A stretch of 64,000 nucleotides of DNA, taken from NCBI GenBank assembly GCA_013239625.1, contig MU054049.1, forward strand, positions 2,173,892-2,237,891, in the 5' to 3' direction. Origin of the DNA: Lama guanicoe (taxonomy: Eukaryota). The translations under genes and the position numbers were made by a program. Numbering within the stretch: the first letter of the stretch is position 1; each line of letters opens with the position of its first letter. This document shows, in pieces, positions 37,720-50,736 of the stretch. Below the pieces are notes generated by a model. The model was given only the letters and a program-made list of their open reading frames with translations. It ran no database searches and was not told where the DNA came from.

Positions 37720-39800
37720 TTAGATCTTTTTCCTTTTCTTTACTCTTTTCCTTCTGTACTCTACTGACTGTTTTTTAGTGTTCCATTTAACATATTTTTT
37801 TAGTGATTGGATTTGCAGTTGGAACATGCAGCCGTAACTTATCCCAGTCTACCCTATTTTTAGAGTTTATATTTTACCAATTCTTGTAAAATATGAGTAC
37901 CTTGCAACAATATAATTCCATTCTTGCTACATTCATTGTGCTATTGTTGTCATACATTTTATATACGTCTACATTATAAGCCTCAATGTTATACTTTCTT
38001 CATTAAACAGCCAGTGTATTCTAAATAAATTGAGGAGAACATGAAAGAGGTTTTTTTTTTTTCTTACCCACATATTTAGCATTTCTGGTACCCTTCATTC
38101 TTTTTTGTAGACCCTTGTTTTTGTCACTTGTCATTTGCTGGTGATGAGTTTCCGTACTTTTTGTTTGTCTGAACATGTTTATTTTGCTTAATTTTTGAAG
38201 GATATTTTTGCTGCATATGGAATTCTTTTCGCATTATAGATGTCATTCATTGTTTTCTGATAAAAAGCTGACTTGCATATTGTTGTTACTATTATTGTTG
38301 TCATTGTTATTATTTCTTTCTAGGTGCTTTCAAGATTTTTCTCTTTATTTTTGGTTTTCAGCAGTTAATGATGCTCAGGGGTAGTTCTGTTTATATTCAT
38401 CCTACTTATGTGTTCACTGAGTTTTTTTAATTTATAAATCAGTATTTTTCATCAGATTTGGAAAGTTGCTGGGTGTCATATCTTCAAATAATTTTTGTGT
38501 TCCAGTTTCACTATCTTCCCTGTGTTTCCAATTATATATATATATACTGCTTGATATTGTCTCACAGGTTTGTGTGTGTGTTTATTTTTCTACAGTCTTT
38601 TTTTCTCCCTTTTTCAGTTCGGATAATTTATATTGGTCTGTTTTCCAGTTCATTAACTCCTCCATCATCGCCAACCTACTATTGAGATCATCCACTGAGT
38701 TTTCATTCTTTTCAGTTCTAGGATTTCCATTTGGTTCTTTTCTGTAATTTTAATTTCTCAGTTGAGATTTTCATTCATTGAGACCATGTTTTTCTCAACT
38801 TTCTCTCTTAACAGTGGGCGACGGATGGAATAGGCCTGTTTTGTAAATTACTATAGCTATTCCTGTTTTCTTTGATTAATAGTTACTTAACGTAATATTT
38901 TTAATTTTATTTTCAACTTTTTGGTTATTATTCATTGTGTATGTCTTGTGTAAGTATGTATGTGGAGCTGTTTATATTTTATAAAATAATGTTATAATCT
39001 GACTTTTAATTGGTAACTTTAATTTATACGTATTATGATTAATGTATTTGCAGTGATATCTGTCCTTTTACTTTGTGGTTTCCATTTGCACTTTTCTGTG
39101 CCCTCTTTATTTCTTGTTTGTTCTCCTTTAAAAAACAAAGTTTTTGCAGTAATTTTTTTCTTATGATGTTTTCCCTTTGTGTTGGTTTTGGAGGTTTTTC
39201 ATGGTTTATTCTTGAGATATTACCATAGACTTTTAAGTTAACAAAACTGAAAGTTCCTAATATCTTAATTCCTTTACAAGAAATACAAAGACTTTAAAAT
39301 ATTTTAACTCTAGCAACCTCTCCTCCCTCCCTCACTGAAACAGCTTGGTTTTTCAGATATCTATTTTCTCTTTTATTTAAACCCACAAATGGCAAACTAT
39401 TATTATTTTTAGCATGGGAAATGTTTGTTTACATTTATTTACTTGCATGTTTACCAAAACTTTTATATTTTTCCTTCTGGCATCTCAGATCTCCTTTCTG
39501 AGATATTTTTAAACTTTTCTGTGGTATAGCCCTTCAAAGTTTATTGAAGATCCGCTGGTAATAAACTCTCTCTGTTATTGCTTATTTGGAAATACATTTA
39601 TTTCATCTTCATTCTTGAAGTATAGTCTTGCTGGGCATACAATGGTAGATGAAAGTTAAATTTTCTTTGTACTTTGAAAATAATCTACTGTCTTCTGGCT
39701 TTTGTTCTTACTGGTGAGACTTTTGTAGTTAAACCTAATTATAGAGATGTGTTTCACAATTTTGATCGTGAGCCAGTTTTTTTTCAGATTTAATCCGTGG
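37720..39800 (-). mobile_element. Old L1/HAL1-like fragments
   Basis: 'ttgaaggatatttttgctg', 'gcttttcaagatttttctctttatttttggttttcagcagtt'. Confidence 0.6.
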
Positions 39801-41904
39801 GAGTCCAAAGGACCTCAGTTGAAGATATTTTCAAGAAACCATTTGAGTATGAATTGTACCAGGAAGTAGGGTGCACTTTTATCCCGGATAACATTAGATC
39901 CACTTTTCAGAGTACCAGTGCTCTGTACTCATTACAGGTACATTTTATCCACCTGGCCTTGTGAGCAGAAAGGGGTTCTAACAACTTCTTGTTGACTTAT
40001 CTATTATCCTCCTGATTCTAACTTTACCTTAACCCCCAGTCATTCTGGGGCTACCCAGAGTTGTCAGTTCCTCAGCCTTTTGCAGGAGTGCCACAATGTC
40101 AGTATCACCCATACTGCTCTCAGTTTTGTGACAAACAGCTGCTGCTTCCTATGCTGCCAATTCCTTGAACTTTCATTGTTCTCCAGAGTCTTTTTGAAAA
40201 CTGTCTTTAACTCTATTTACAGCTCCCTTGTTTTCTGCAGTGTAGTGTGAATGATGGACACCATATTGTCCTCCAATCCACACTTTGCTCTCATGCTCTG
40301 TGACTTTCTTTGAATTAAACTCAGATTCAGCTTTAGAACGAATCGTGCCCCCCACTGCCACCTCCCTGAGAGTTCTCTGTCTTTTTTGTAAACAGGCCTT
40401 TCCCAGATCTGACTCTGCCAATATCCTCAGTCATGTGCAAAATCTCTCTTATCTTTCCTGGAGTGGGCCCAGTGCAGGCTCAGCTGGGAGTCAGGCTTCG
40501 GAAGAAGAGTGTTGTATGTAAATGATTTTCGAAGGTAGTGATTTACTCAGAGTTCATCTTTCTAAAACAGAAATATCAAAGTTAATTAAAACTATAGTAA
40601 CAGGCAGAAAATTATCAGTAATTCATTTTCTTATTTGTTAAATATTTATATTATGGCGGGTTATTGTTACCAGGTTTATAGCTAAGCCATCACTACTACT
40701 GTTACTATTATTATTTTGTAGTCCTGAATAGGCATATTTAACTAAAAGTGCATTTGAATGAGGCTTAGCATGGTGCTTTCCTAACTGCCTGATCTAAGGC
40801 ACCTGTGAGATTGGCACTGTGTACTTAGCAGCAGTCTTGCTATCATTGCTATGGCTCAGCCAGAGGAATGGTGAGCCTCCATTGATGCAGCCTCGAAAAG
40901 ACTACTCCGTCTGCACTCGGTGCCACCTCTCTACACTTGCTCAAGCTGTGGGTGGGCCTGCCTCTTCTGGCTCCTCACTCCCATTCAGAGTGACCATGAA
41001 ACCACACTTCAGCCCTGTCCTCCACACAAGGGTTCATGTGGATCTTTTGTTCATACTCATACCTCTGACCTCTCCCATTTCACTTCAGGACTTTTTTTTC
41101 ATCTGCTCTTATTGTGCTAGTGATCCATAAAGCTTATTGTCCGAAGAGTTAAACTTAAAAGTTGTTGTGGTAGCTAGAAACATGTATAGGATAGAGTAGA
41201 CAATGGCTAGGAAGTATTAAGAATAAGCATTTTTTTTTTCGCTATTTATTTTTTTCTTCCAGCTTTATTGAGATATAATCAACATATAGCATTGTATGAG
41301 TTTGAGGTGTACAGCAAAATGATTTGATTTACTTACATCATGAAATGGCTACTACAGTAGGTTTAGTGAACTTACTGCATCTTTTATTTACTGGGTATAG
41401 AGTTTGTTTTGCAAATTGAAAGAAGTTTGTAAATCTTTTCACAACGGTGTGAGTATATTTAACCCTACTGAACTGTACACCTAAAAATGGATTATTTGAT
41501 AAATTTTGTTTAATGTTTTTTTACTACAATAAAAAAGAACATGCATCTTTTGTGGTATATAGATTTAAAAGGTTAAGTGCAGGGTTTTCGATTTTTTACC
41601 TTATTTTTTGGTACTTGGTTCTATTTACTCATCCTTTACCACAAATTGAATCAACAGATTCAAATTATCAGAGAGTTTACCAGAGCAGAGGAGCTCTATA
41701 GCAAACAGAATTTATTCATTTAACATTTATTGAGCACCTCCTATGTAGCAGGCTCTGTGCTTTTAGTTTATCATTTTAAGAAATAAAGGGCATCTCCCCC
41801 AGAGGAAAGACAGAAGAGTACAATATTGCAATTTATGCTGAAAGAACTGTAGAAGGGAAAAGCAGTGTATACCAAGAATATTTTATTTTTAACTTAAAGC
41901 ATAT

Positions 41905-43160
41905 AGATGTACAGTCATTCATTAAATTTTCAAAATCTAATGATGGAAATTAAAAATGTATACAAAGTAGAGGAATAGTACAACAAACTGCTTTGTATCC
42001 ATCACCTAGGTGGCTTCCATTCCGGGCCTCTTTTGTTTCCTTATGCTCTCTCTCTCACTGCATATTTGAAGCAAGCACTAGTAATTATGTAATTTTATCT
42101 AAACATTTCAATATTTTCACTGAAAGATAAGGGCTGTTTTCTTAAAATTGACAACAAAACTGCTATCACCTCAATGTTATTTTGTACTTTTTTTCTTGCA
42201 GTTTATTTGTTTGAATCAGAATCTGAACATGGTCCATCCATACATTACATTCAGTTGGTGTGTTTTTTAAAAAAATCTTTTAATCTGTAGCTTCCCCTTC
42301 TTACTTATTTTCTTTGTTCTTGAAATGTATATTTGCTGAAGACACCCTGTCATTTGTCTTGTGGAGCTGCCCATACTGTGAATTTTGCTCAATGCTTCCC
42401 AGTGATGTCGTTTAACATGTTCTTCCTTCCATCTCACCATTAATTTTAAAGGTTTGACTCAATTTAGGTTAAGTTTTTTTGCAGAATGTTTCATAGAGAA
42501 TGGTTTTCAACAGCACGTAATGTCTGTTTTTTCCACTTTGTGATATTAATGGCCACTTACAATTTGCTTAGATCTGTTATTTACTTGAGGTTTTGCAGGG
42601 TGTTGCTATTCTAATTTCATTATTCCCTCTTCTTTTATTAGCTGTGATACTTCTATAGAGAAGTTTATCTTTATCAATAATTTCATTACCTAGAGCTACA
42701 GTCCTTACTGGGAAAACAGGTTAAGTGAGTGATTCTTTTCCTTTATTTAAAACTCTTGGAGGATTGTTCATATCTCCAGAGATGGTCAATCATTTTTGCT
42801 TTATTTCTGAAAGTATCATTATGAACACCTGAATTTTACATATTTGATTATTTTTTAGTAATAACCAAGTTTTTTTAAAAATTGATAATCAAATTGTCCT
42901 TTTGTTGGCCAATGAGAGCACCCGTAGGTTGGTTCCTGGGTCCCTGTGACATGAATACCTTTGATAGCTTCCTGCTTTCTGGTTTGACAAAATGTGCATG
43001 CTCAGCTTGTATACTTCTAGCTGTAGATCTGGAATCAACCCTTTGTTCAACAAGCCTTGATTCCTTTTAGTGGGAAGTTGTATTTAGAGACCGCAGTCCG
43101 GCTACCATACTTTGGTTGTTGCTTCTAGGCTTTTTCAGTGGACAGAGCTAGGAAATAACG
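41905..43160 (-). mobile_element. Old L1 (L1MC5-like) 3' region
   Basis: 'aatgtatacaaagtagaggaatagtacaac', 'ctgaaagataagggc', 'cagtggacagagctagg'. Confidence 0.7.
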
Positions 43161-44995
43161 TTGTATTTTTAACATTTATTTATTTTAATTCTATTTTCTT
43201 AGAAGTATAGTTGATTTACCAAAGTTCTGTTAGTTTCTGGTGTACAGCATAGTGATTCATTTATACATATATATATATTCTTTTTCGTATAAATTTTAGG
43301 ATTATTTGTTCTATTTCTGTGAAAAGTGTCCTAGATAATTTGATAGGGATCACATTAAATTTGTAGATTGGGTAGTATGTCCATTTTAACAATGTTAATT
43401 CTTCCAATTCAAGAGCACGGAATACCTTTTCATTTCTTTACATTATCATTTCCTTAGTGTTTTATTTTTCTCTGCATATAAGTCTTTCACCTCTTTGGTC
43501 AGGTTTATTCCTAAGTATTTTATTTTTTAATGTGATTTTAAAAGGGATTTTTTTTAAGTTTCCTTTTCTGATACTTCACTTTTAGTATAAAGAAATGCAG
43601 CAGATCTCTGTATGTTAATCTTTTATCCTGCTACCTTGCTGAATTTGTCAGCTCTAGTAGTTTTTGTGTGGAGTTTTTAGGGTTTTCTCTATATATAGTA
43701 TCATGTCATCTACATATAGTGATGATTTTACCTTTTCTCTTCCAATTTGGATCCCCCTCTTTTTCCCTTTACTTGTCTGATTGCTCTGGCTAAAATTTCT
43801 AATACTGTGTTGAATAGAAGTGATGAGAGTGGGCATCCTTATCTTGTTCCAGATTTTTAGTGAGAAGGCTTTCAACTTTTCACTTTTGAGTATTATGTTG
43901 GCTGTGGATTTGTCATAAATAACTTTTATAATGTTGAGATATGTTCCTTCTATGCCCATTTTGGTAAGATTTTTATTATGAATGCATATTGAATTTTTTC
44001 AAATGCTCTTACTTTGTTGAGTTGTTCATGCAGTTTTTTGTCCTTTTGTTGATATGGTATATCTCATTGATTGATTTGCATATGTTGAACTATCCTTGTA
44101 ACTCTGGGATGAAACTGACTTGATATAGGGTGATTTTTTTTTAATATGTTGTTGGATTTGGTTTGCTAATATTTTGTTGAGAATTTTATATTCATCAAAG
44201 ACATTGGCCTGAAGTTATTTGTTTTTTAGTAGTATCTTTGGTTTTGGTATCAGGTTGATGACAGCTTCATAGAAAGAGTTTGGGAGGGTTCCCTCCTCTT
44301 TAGTCTTTTGGCAGAGTTTGAGAAGGATAAGTTCTTTTTTTCATGTTTGGTAGAATTTCCCAGTGAAGCTATCCGGTCCTGGACTTTCATTAGCAGAAGT
44401 TTTTGTGTGTTTTTTTATTACTGATTCTACTTCACTTCTAGTGATTGGTCTGTTCAAATTATCTATTTCTTCTTGATTCAGTTTTGGTGGACTGTATGCT
44501 CCTAGAAACTTACCCATTTCTTCTGTGTTGTCTAATTTGTTGCTATATACTTGTTCATACTAATCTCTTACGGTTTTTTGTATTTCTGCAGTGTTGATTG
44601 TAATTTCTTCTCTTTCATTTCTCATTTTTATTTACGTCCTCTCTGTTTTCTTCTTGGTGAGGCAGGCCAGAGGTTTGTTGATTTTGTTTACTCTTTCTAA
44701 AAACCAGCTCTTTGTTTGATTGTATTTTTCTATTTTTAAAAATCTTTTATTTATTTCCTCCCTGATCTTTATTATTTTCTTCCAGTAACTTTAGGTTTTG
44801 TTTGTTCTTCTATTTGTAATTCTTTTAGGTGGTAGATTAGGTTGTTTATTTGAGATTATTCTTGCTTTTTGAGGAAGGCCTGTATTGCTGTGAACTTCCC
44901 TATTAGGACTCCTTTTGCTACATCCCATAGATTTTGTGTGGTTGTGTTTTCATTATCATTTGTCTTAAGGTGTCTTTAAATTGCCTCTTTGATTT

Positions 44996-46300
44996 CTTTT
45001 TTTTTTTAACATTTTTTATTGATTTATAATAATTTTACAATGTTGTGTCAAATTCTAGTGTAGGGCCCAATTTTTNNNNNNNNNNNNNNNNNNNNNNNNN
45101 NNNNNNNNNNNNNATATATATTCATTGTCACATTTTTTTCTCTGTGAGCTACCATAAGATCTTGTATATATTTCCCTGTGCTATATAGTATAATCTTGTT
45201 TATCTATTCTACATTTTGAAATCCCAGTCTATCCCTTCCCACTCCCCGCCTCCTTAACAACCACAAGTTTCTATGAGTCAGTTTCTGTTTTGTATTTATG
45301 TTTTGTTTGTTTTGTTTTGTTTTTTTTGATTCCACATATGAGCGATCTCATACGGTATTTTTCTTTCTCTTTCTGACTTGCTTCACTTAGAATGACATTC
45401 TCCAGTAGCATCCATGTTGCTGCAAATGACGTTATGTTGTTGGTTTTATGGCTGAATAGTATTCCATTGTATAAATATACCACATCTTCTTTATCCAGTC
45501 ATCTGTTGATGGAGATTTAGGCTGTTTCCATGTCTTGGCTATTGTAAATAATGCTGCTATGAGCATTGGGGTGCAAGTGTCATCCTGAAGTAGGGTTCCT
45601 TCTGAATATATGCCCAGAAGCGGGATTGCTGGATCATATAGTAAGTCTATTTTTAGTTTTTTAAGGAATCTCCATACTGTTTTCCATAATGGCTGCACCA
45701 AACTACATTTCCACCAGCAGTATAGGAGGGTTCCCTTTTCTCCACATCCTCTCCAGCCTTTATCTTATTGGACATTTTAGTGATGGCTATTCTGACCATG
45801 GTGTGAGGTGATACCTCATTGTATTTTTGATTTGCATTTCTCTGATAATTAGTGACACTGAGCATTTTTTCATGTGCCTCTTGGCTATTTGTATGTCTTC
45901 ATTGGAGATTTGGTTGTTTAGGTCTTCTGCCCATTTTTGGATCAGTTTTCTTTTTTTGTCAGTTGTATCATTTGCAAATATTTTTTCCCATATCATAGGT
46001 TGCCTTTTTGTTTTGCTTATGGTTTCCTTTGCTGTGCAAAAACTTACAAGCTTAATTAGGTTCCATTTATTTATTTTTGCTTACATTTCTATTTTGGGTA
46101 GATTGATATAAGAGAACATTGCTAAGATTTATGTCAGAAAATGTTTTGCCTCTCATTTCTTCTAGGACATTTATAGTGTCTTGTCTTAAGTTTTAAGTCT
46201 TCAAGCTATTTTAAGTTTATTTTTGTGTATGGTGTGAGGGAGTGTTTTAATTTCATTGATTTACATGTAGCTGTCCAGTTTTCCCAACTCTACTTGTTGA
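44996..46300 (-). mobile_element. Young 5'-truncated L1 inserted in the older L1
   Basis: Poly(T) at ~44997-45007, 3' UTR, ORF2 C-terminal peptides ([44 protein letters not shown]). Confidence 0.9.
45076..45113. other. Assembly gap (38 N)
   Basis: Run of n. Confidence 1.
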
Positions 46301-48711
46301 ACACTATGTCTTTTGATTGGAGCATTTAGTCCATTGACATTCATGGTAATTATTGATAGATGTGTATTTATTGCCATTTTAAACTGTGTTTTCCAGCAGA
46401 TTTTGTGTTTCCTCCTTATTCCTTTCTTTTTCTTTTTGTTTTTCCTTCTGTGGCTTGATGATTTTCTTTTGTATTATGCTTGATTTCTTTTCTTTTTGAT
46501 GTTTGTTAGTCTAGTGTATGTTTTTGATTTGTCGGTGCCCTGTTTTTCAAATATGTTAACCCATTATTGAATCTGCTTTACATTGATAATCATATAGACT
46601 TAAACACATCCTAAACAGTTCAGAAACAATCTACATTTTCTTGCTCCCCTCCCTCACGTTTTATGATTTTTATGTCCTCTTTCACATCTTCATGTTTATT
46701 CTCTTGCTATTCATTGTAGTTATCACATTTCCAGTTGTGATTTTTCTTTTTACTTTCTATTAAATGCCTGCTTCTTTTCTATTTAGAGAATATCTTTCAA
46801 TATTTCTTTTCAGACAGGTTTAGTATTGCTGTGTTCTTTTAGTTTTTGTTTGTCTGAGAAATTTTTTTGCTCTCCTATTCTAAATGATAGTCTTGCTGGG
46901 TAGAATATCCTAGGTTGTAGGTTTTTCTCCTTCAGGACTGACTATATCTTGCCACTCCCTTCTGGCCAGCGGTGTTTATGTAGAGAAATCAGGTGTGATA
47001 GCTTTATGGGCATTGTTTTGTAACTATTTGTTTTTCTCTTTCTGCCTTTCGAATATTTTCTTTGTCTTTAACTTTGGCATTCTGATCATCATATTTCTTG
47101 GTGTAGGTTTATTTTGATTCATCTTGTTTGGGACTCTTTGTACTTGGATAGCTGTTTCTTTAGGTTTGAGAAAATTTCAGCCATTCTTTCTTAAAATATG
47201 TTTTTGATTTTCTTTTCTCTTTCTTCTCTTGGGATCCTTATTATATACGTGTTGATTGAATTACTTGATATTATATTTTAGTTCCCTTATGTTGCTTTCA
47301 TTTTTTAAAATTTATTCATCTGTCTGACTTTTTATTGGGTAGTTTCCATCCTTATATTTTCTAAATTATTTATTCTTTCTTCAGCATGATTTATTCTGCT
47401 ATTTATTGCTTTTAGCTTGGCTCTCATTTCAGCAGTTGAATTTTCTGATTTTAATTGGCTTTTTATAGTTTCTAGTTCCTTTTATAGTAATCTGCATTTC
47501 TGTCAATAACTTCTCTTAATTACTTCAGTGCTTTTATCATGTCCTTTTTGAGGACATTATCTGGTAGACTGTAGATGTCTATTTTATTGTTTGTTCTTTC
47601 AGGGGGATTTCTCTTGTTCTTTTAATTGGGAGTGGCTCCTTAGCCTTTTCACCTTATATTCCTCTAATTTTATAAATTTAGGAGTAACAGTTATGTACTG
47701 TGGTCTTGAGGGGCTGTTTTTATGTAGGAGAGTCTCTGTGTAGACTGTGTTTGTCTAACATATTTGTTGCTAGGGTTTTTTTGGTGTGGATGGCTGCCAT
47801 GTCTTTTCTCCAGCTTTGGCCATTTTAGTCATCATATTTCTTGGTGTAGGTTTATTTTGGTCCATCTTGCTTGTGCCCCTTTGTGGATCCTGTACTTGGA
47901 TATCTGTTTCTTTCTTTAGGTTTGAGAAAATTTCAGCCATAATTTCTTATAGTATGTTTTTGATTTTCTTTTTCTCTCTTGGGACCCTTATTATATATGT
48001 GTTGATTGGATTGCTTTATATTATAATTTTATTCCCTTACGTTGCTTTCATTTTGTTTTAATTTATTTATCTGGATGTATTTTTGATACATTTGTGGGAG
48101 AGGGTGAGCTCCATATCCTTCTATTCTGCCATCTTGAAGCCCCTGTTTATATTACTTTTAAATTAGGTCTTGGGTTACTGTTTTGGTGAATAACTAATGT
48201 GGTTTTTTTTTCCTATAGTTTTTTAAATAGAAAATACTATCTAAAGGTGAGAAAACTAAAAAACAGTGGGTTCTAGGATCATAGAGCAAACAGTAAACCT
48301 AACTTTTTTGTGTTCTACCAACTATGTACACATTAAAATAATGTTAAAGGTCTTAATTCTTAATAGACTTTAACTACTTTGGAAATTTATGTATAGGAAA
48401 GTGGGACCAATGTTGCTTTTCTTTCTTTCAGCTTATGCTTTGTTATGTATTAGCATGCATACACAATCAGTGGGGCAGGAAGATTAGGAAAATGAAGGAT
48501 TTAAGATTTAGTTATAAGGAAACACTAGTTGATGTTCTACGGATTTTTCACCTCTGCTCTATATAGAACACTGTGGGGAATACCAAAGAAATATATGCTG
48601 ATCTAGAACACTGTAGGGAATGCTAAAGAAAATGTAATGGTCTAGAGAGAATTCAGCCTTTTAAGTAGACCAAGCTTTCTACACTGTAGGGAATAATCTA
48701 AAACTAGACAG

Positions 48712-49165
48712 TATATTGTTTTAAGAGTTCTCCAAAGAAAAAGAACCAATAGGAGATAAAGAGCAAGAGAGAGAGAGAGAGCAAGCGTGAGTGAGATTTT
48801 GATTGATTTTAAGAAACTGGCTCATACAATTGTAGAGGCTGTCAAGTCCAAAACCAGCAGGTAGGTTGACAGACTGGGGACAAAGAGAAGAGATGAATCT
48901 GGAATTTAAGACCAAAGGCAGTCTTCTGGCAGAATTCTCTTCTTCCAGGGAGGTCAGTTTAAAAAAATTTATTTTTAGATTAAGACCTCAAATGATTAGA
49001 TGAAACCTACCCACGTTATAGAGGGTAATCTCCTTTACACAAAGTCTGCTGATTTAAATGGTAATCACATCTAAAAATGCACCTTCACAGAAACACCTAG
49101 AATAATATTTGACCAAATTTCTGGGTACTGTGTTGAGTCAGTTGATACATAAAATTAGCCAGCAC
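48712..49165 (-). mobile_element. ERVL solo LTR (MLT2B/D-like)
   Basis: 'gttctccaaagaaaaagaaccaataggagat ... gttgatacataaaattagccagcaca'. Confidence 0.85.
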
Positions 49166-49994
49166 ATACATTGAAGGACTGTTTTGTATATAATTAAATC
49201 TCAAACTGTAAAGAATATTGGGTACGTGTTATGGGTGGTAAGAAAGGGGTAGAGGAGCTTGTTTTGCTGTTTCTTTGCTCATTGAGGAGATAAGCTTTGA
49301 GATGTGCTCTGAAAGCCAGGGATTTTTTTGTCCTGATGTGCAGAGTGTGGAGAGTATCCCAAGAGGGTGGATCGGAATGAACAACGGTAGAATTGACTGT
49401 GGCATGTACAGGAGTTGTTGGGAAGATTTTTCCTGGCTGGACAGATATTTTTTGGATGGTAAGGGAGGTTAAGAGTGAGCAGGTGAGGCAAGCTCTGCTC
49501 TGGTCTGTTTACTTTACTGCATTAGGTAGAGAAAGTGCTTGCCCCAGTGTGAGATGACAGCTGGCTGGTGCAGGGCCGTCTGTACCACTAGCATCATATG
49601 CTACATTATATCCTGTGATGTGACAAGAATTCCATTTGCAGAAAGCCTTTCAAATGAAATATAGCTGCCTTCGATTTTTCTGTTACAAAAACTGGCCAGA
49701 ATGATTTCTTCTGTCAACTTAATGCAGGTGCTTCAAAAGGCCTATGTTTGTGAAGAAACATGAGCTCCTCCAATGATGTGAATTTCTGCCAGTAGTTCTA
49801 GTCTTTAAGCTGTGAAATATTTTTGGGTTCATTACTGTGAAGTAGAAATAGAGCCCAGGAACTCCCCTCCCCTCAACATTACAAACTAAAGAACATAATT
49901 AATTTTTTATATGTAGTAGGTGTAAGAACACTTTATAATAAAAAGCTTCTACCAGTAAAAATACTATCAGAGAGAAAAATAGCAAAAACAATAC

Positions 49995-50451
49995 ATGGTT
50001 AAATTGGTCCAAAATAGGCCCAAATGAATTGCCTCCCGATGTCTCTGTCCCTTTGCAGTGTGAGTCTGCTTGTTTCTTCCCACCAAGTGATTCAGTCTGT
50101 TTCCCCACCCTTGGTGCTGGGATTTGCCATGTGACTTGATCTGGCCAACGAAGCATCAGCGGACATGATGCAGGCAGAGGCACCATGTATGGTGGGCCAG
50201 CCCTCTCAGGATGCTGCTGCCATCATGTGCAGAAAGTGTGAGGAAGACCACATGGAAAGGGAGGCCCAGCTTTTCCCACTAAGCCCAGTCCCCAGCTGCC
50301 CTGGGCCCAATGCGGCAGTATGAGTAGGTCAGGTGAGAGCAGCAGAAGAGCTGCCCAGCAAACCCATGGAATTGTGAGGAATAGGAAATCTCTGCTGTTT
50401 AAGCAACTAAGTTTGGGGTGATTTGTTACCCAGCAGTGGCAAACAGAAACA
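49995..50451 (+). mobile_element. MaLR LTR (MLT1G/H-like)
   Basis: 'ccctttgcagtgtgag', 'gccatgtgacttg', terminus 'gtttggggtgatttgttacccagcagtggcaaacagaaaca'. Confidence 0.8.
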
Positions 50452-50670
50452 TTCTGTGATGAACGGCTGGAATCTGCCCCTGTAATTCTAATCAGGGCTT
50501 CATTACTGAGCCTTCCAGGAGCCCACAGTCCAGTGAGGAAGGCAGAATGTCAGCAGGTCACTTCATTCCAGTGTGGTGAATGCCCAGGAAGGGCTCTGGG
50601 CTGCTACAGCCTTGCTTTTTCCTCTATCCCCCTTTCCTCATCTCTAAGGATCAGATTCTGTTCTCTGCAG

Positions 50671-50736
50671 GACAGGCATGGAAGAGCATTGGAAGAACTA
50701 GAGGAAGGAGACTTCAGTGAAGATGTTTTCCATCTC
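50671..50736 (+). other. Candidate 66-nt internal exon
   Basis: Acceptor ttctgttctctgcag|, donor CTC|gtaagt, GAA-rich body, apparently non-repeat sequence. Confidence 0.4.

Larger units (their letters stand above)
43168..48143 (-). mobile_element. Rearranged near-full-length L1 with internal deletions
   Basis: 3' tail at 43168-43288 jumps directly into ORF2; ORF 43654-43959 (GIEGTYLNIIKVIYDK...LYVDDMILY) is RT; 5' end 'ctgccatcttgaagcccc' at ~48143. Confidence 0.85.
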
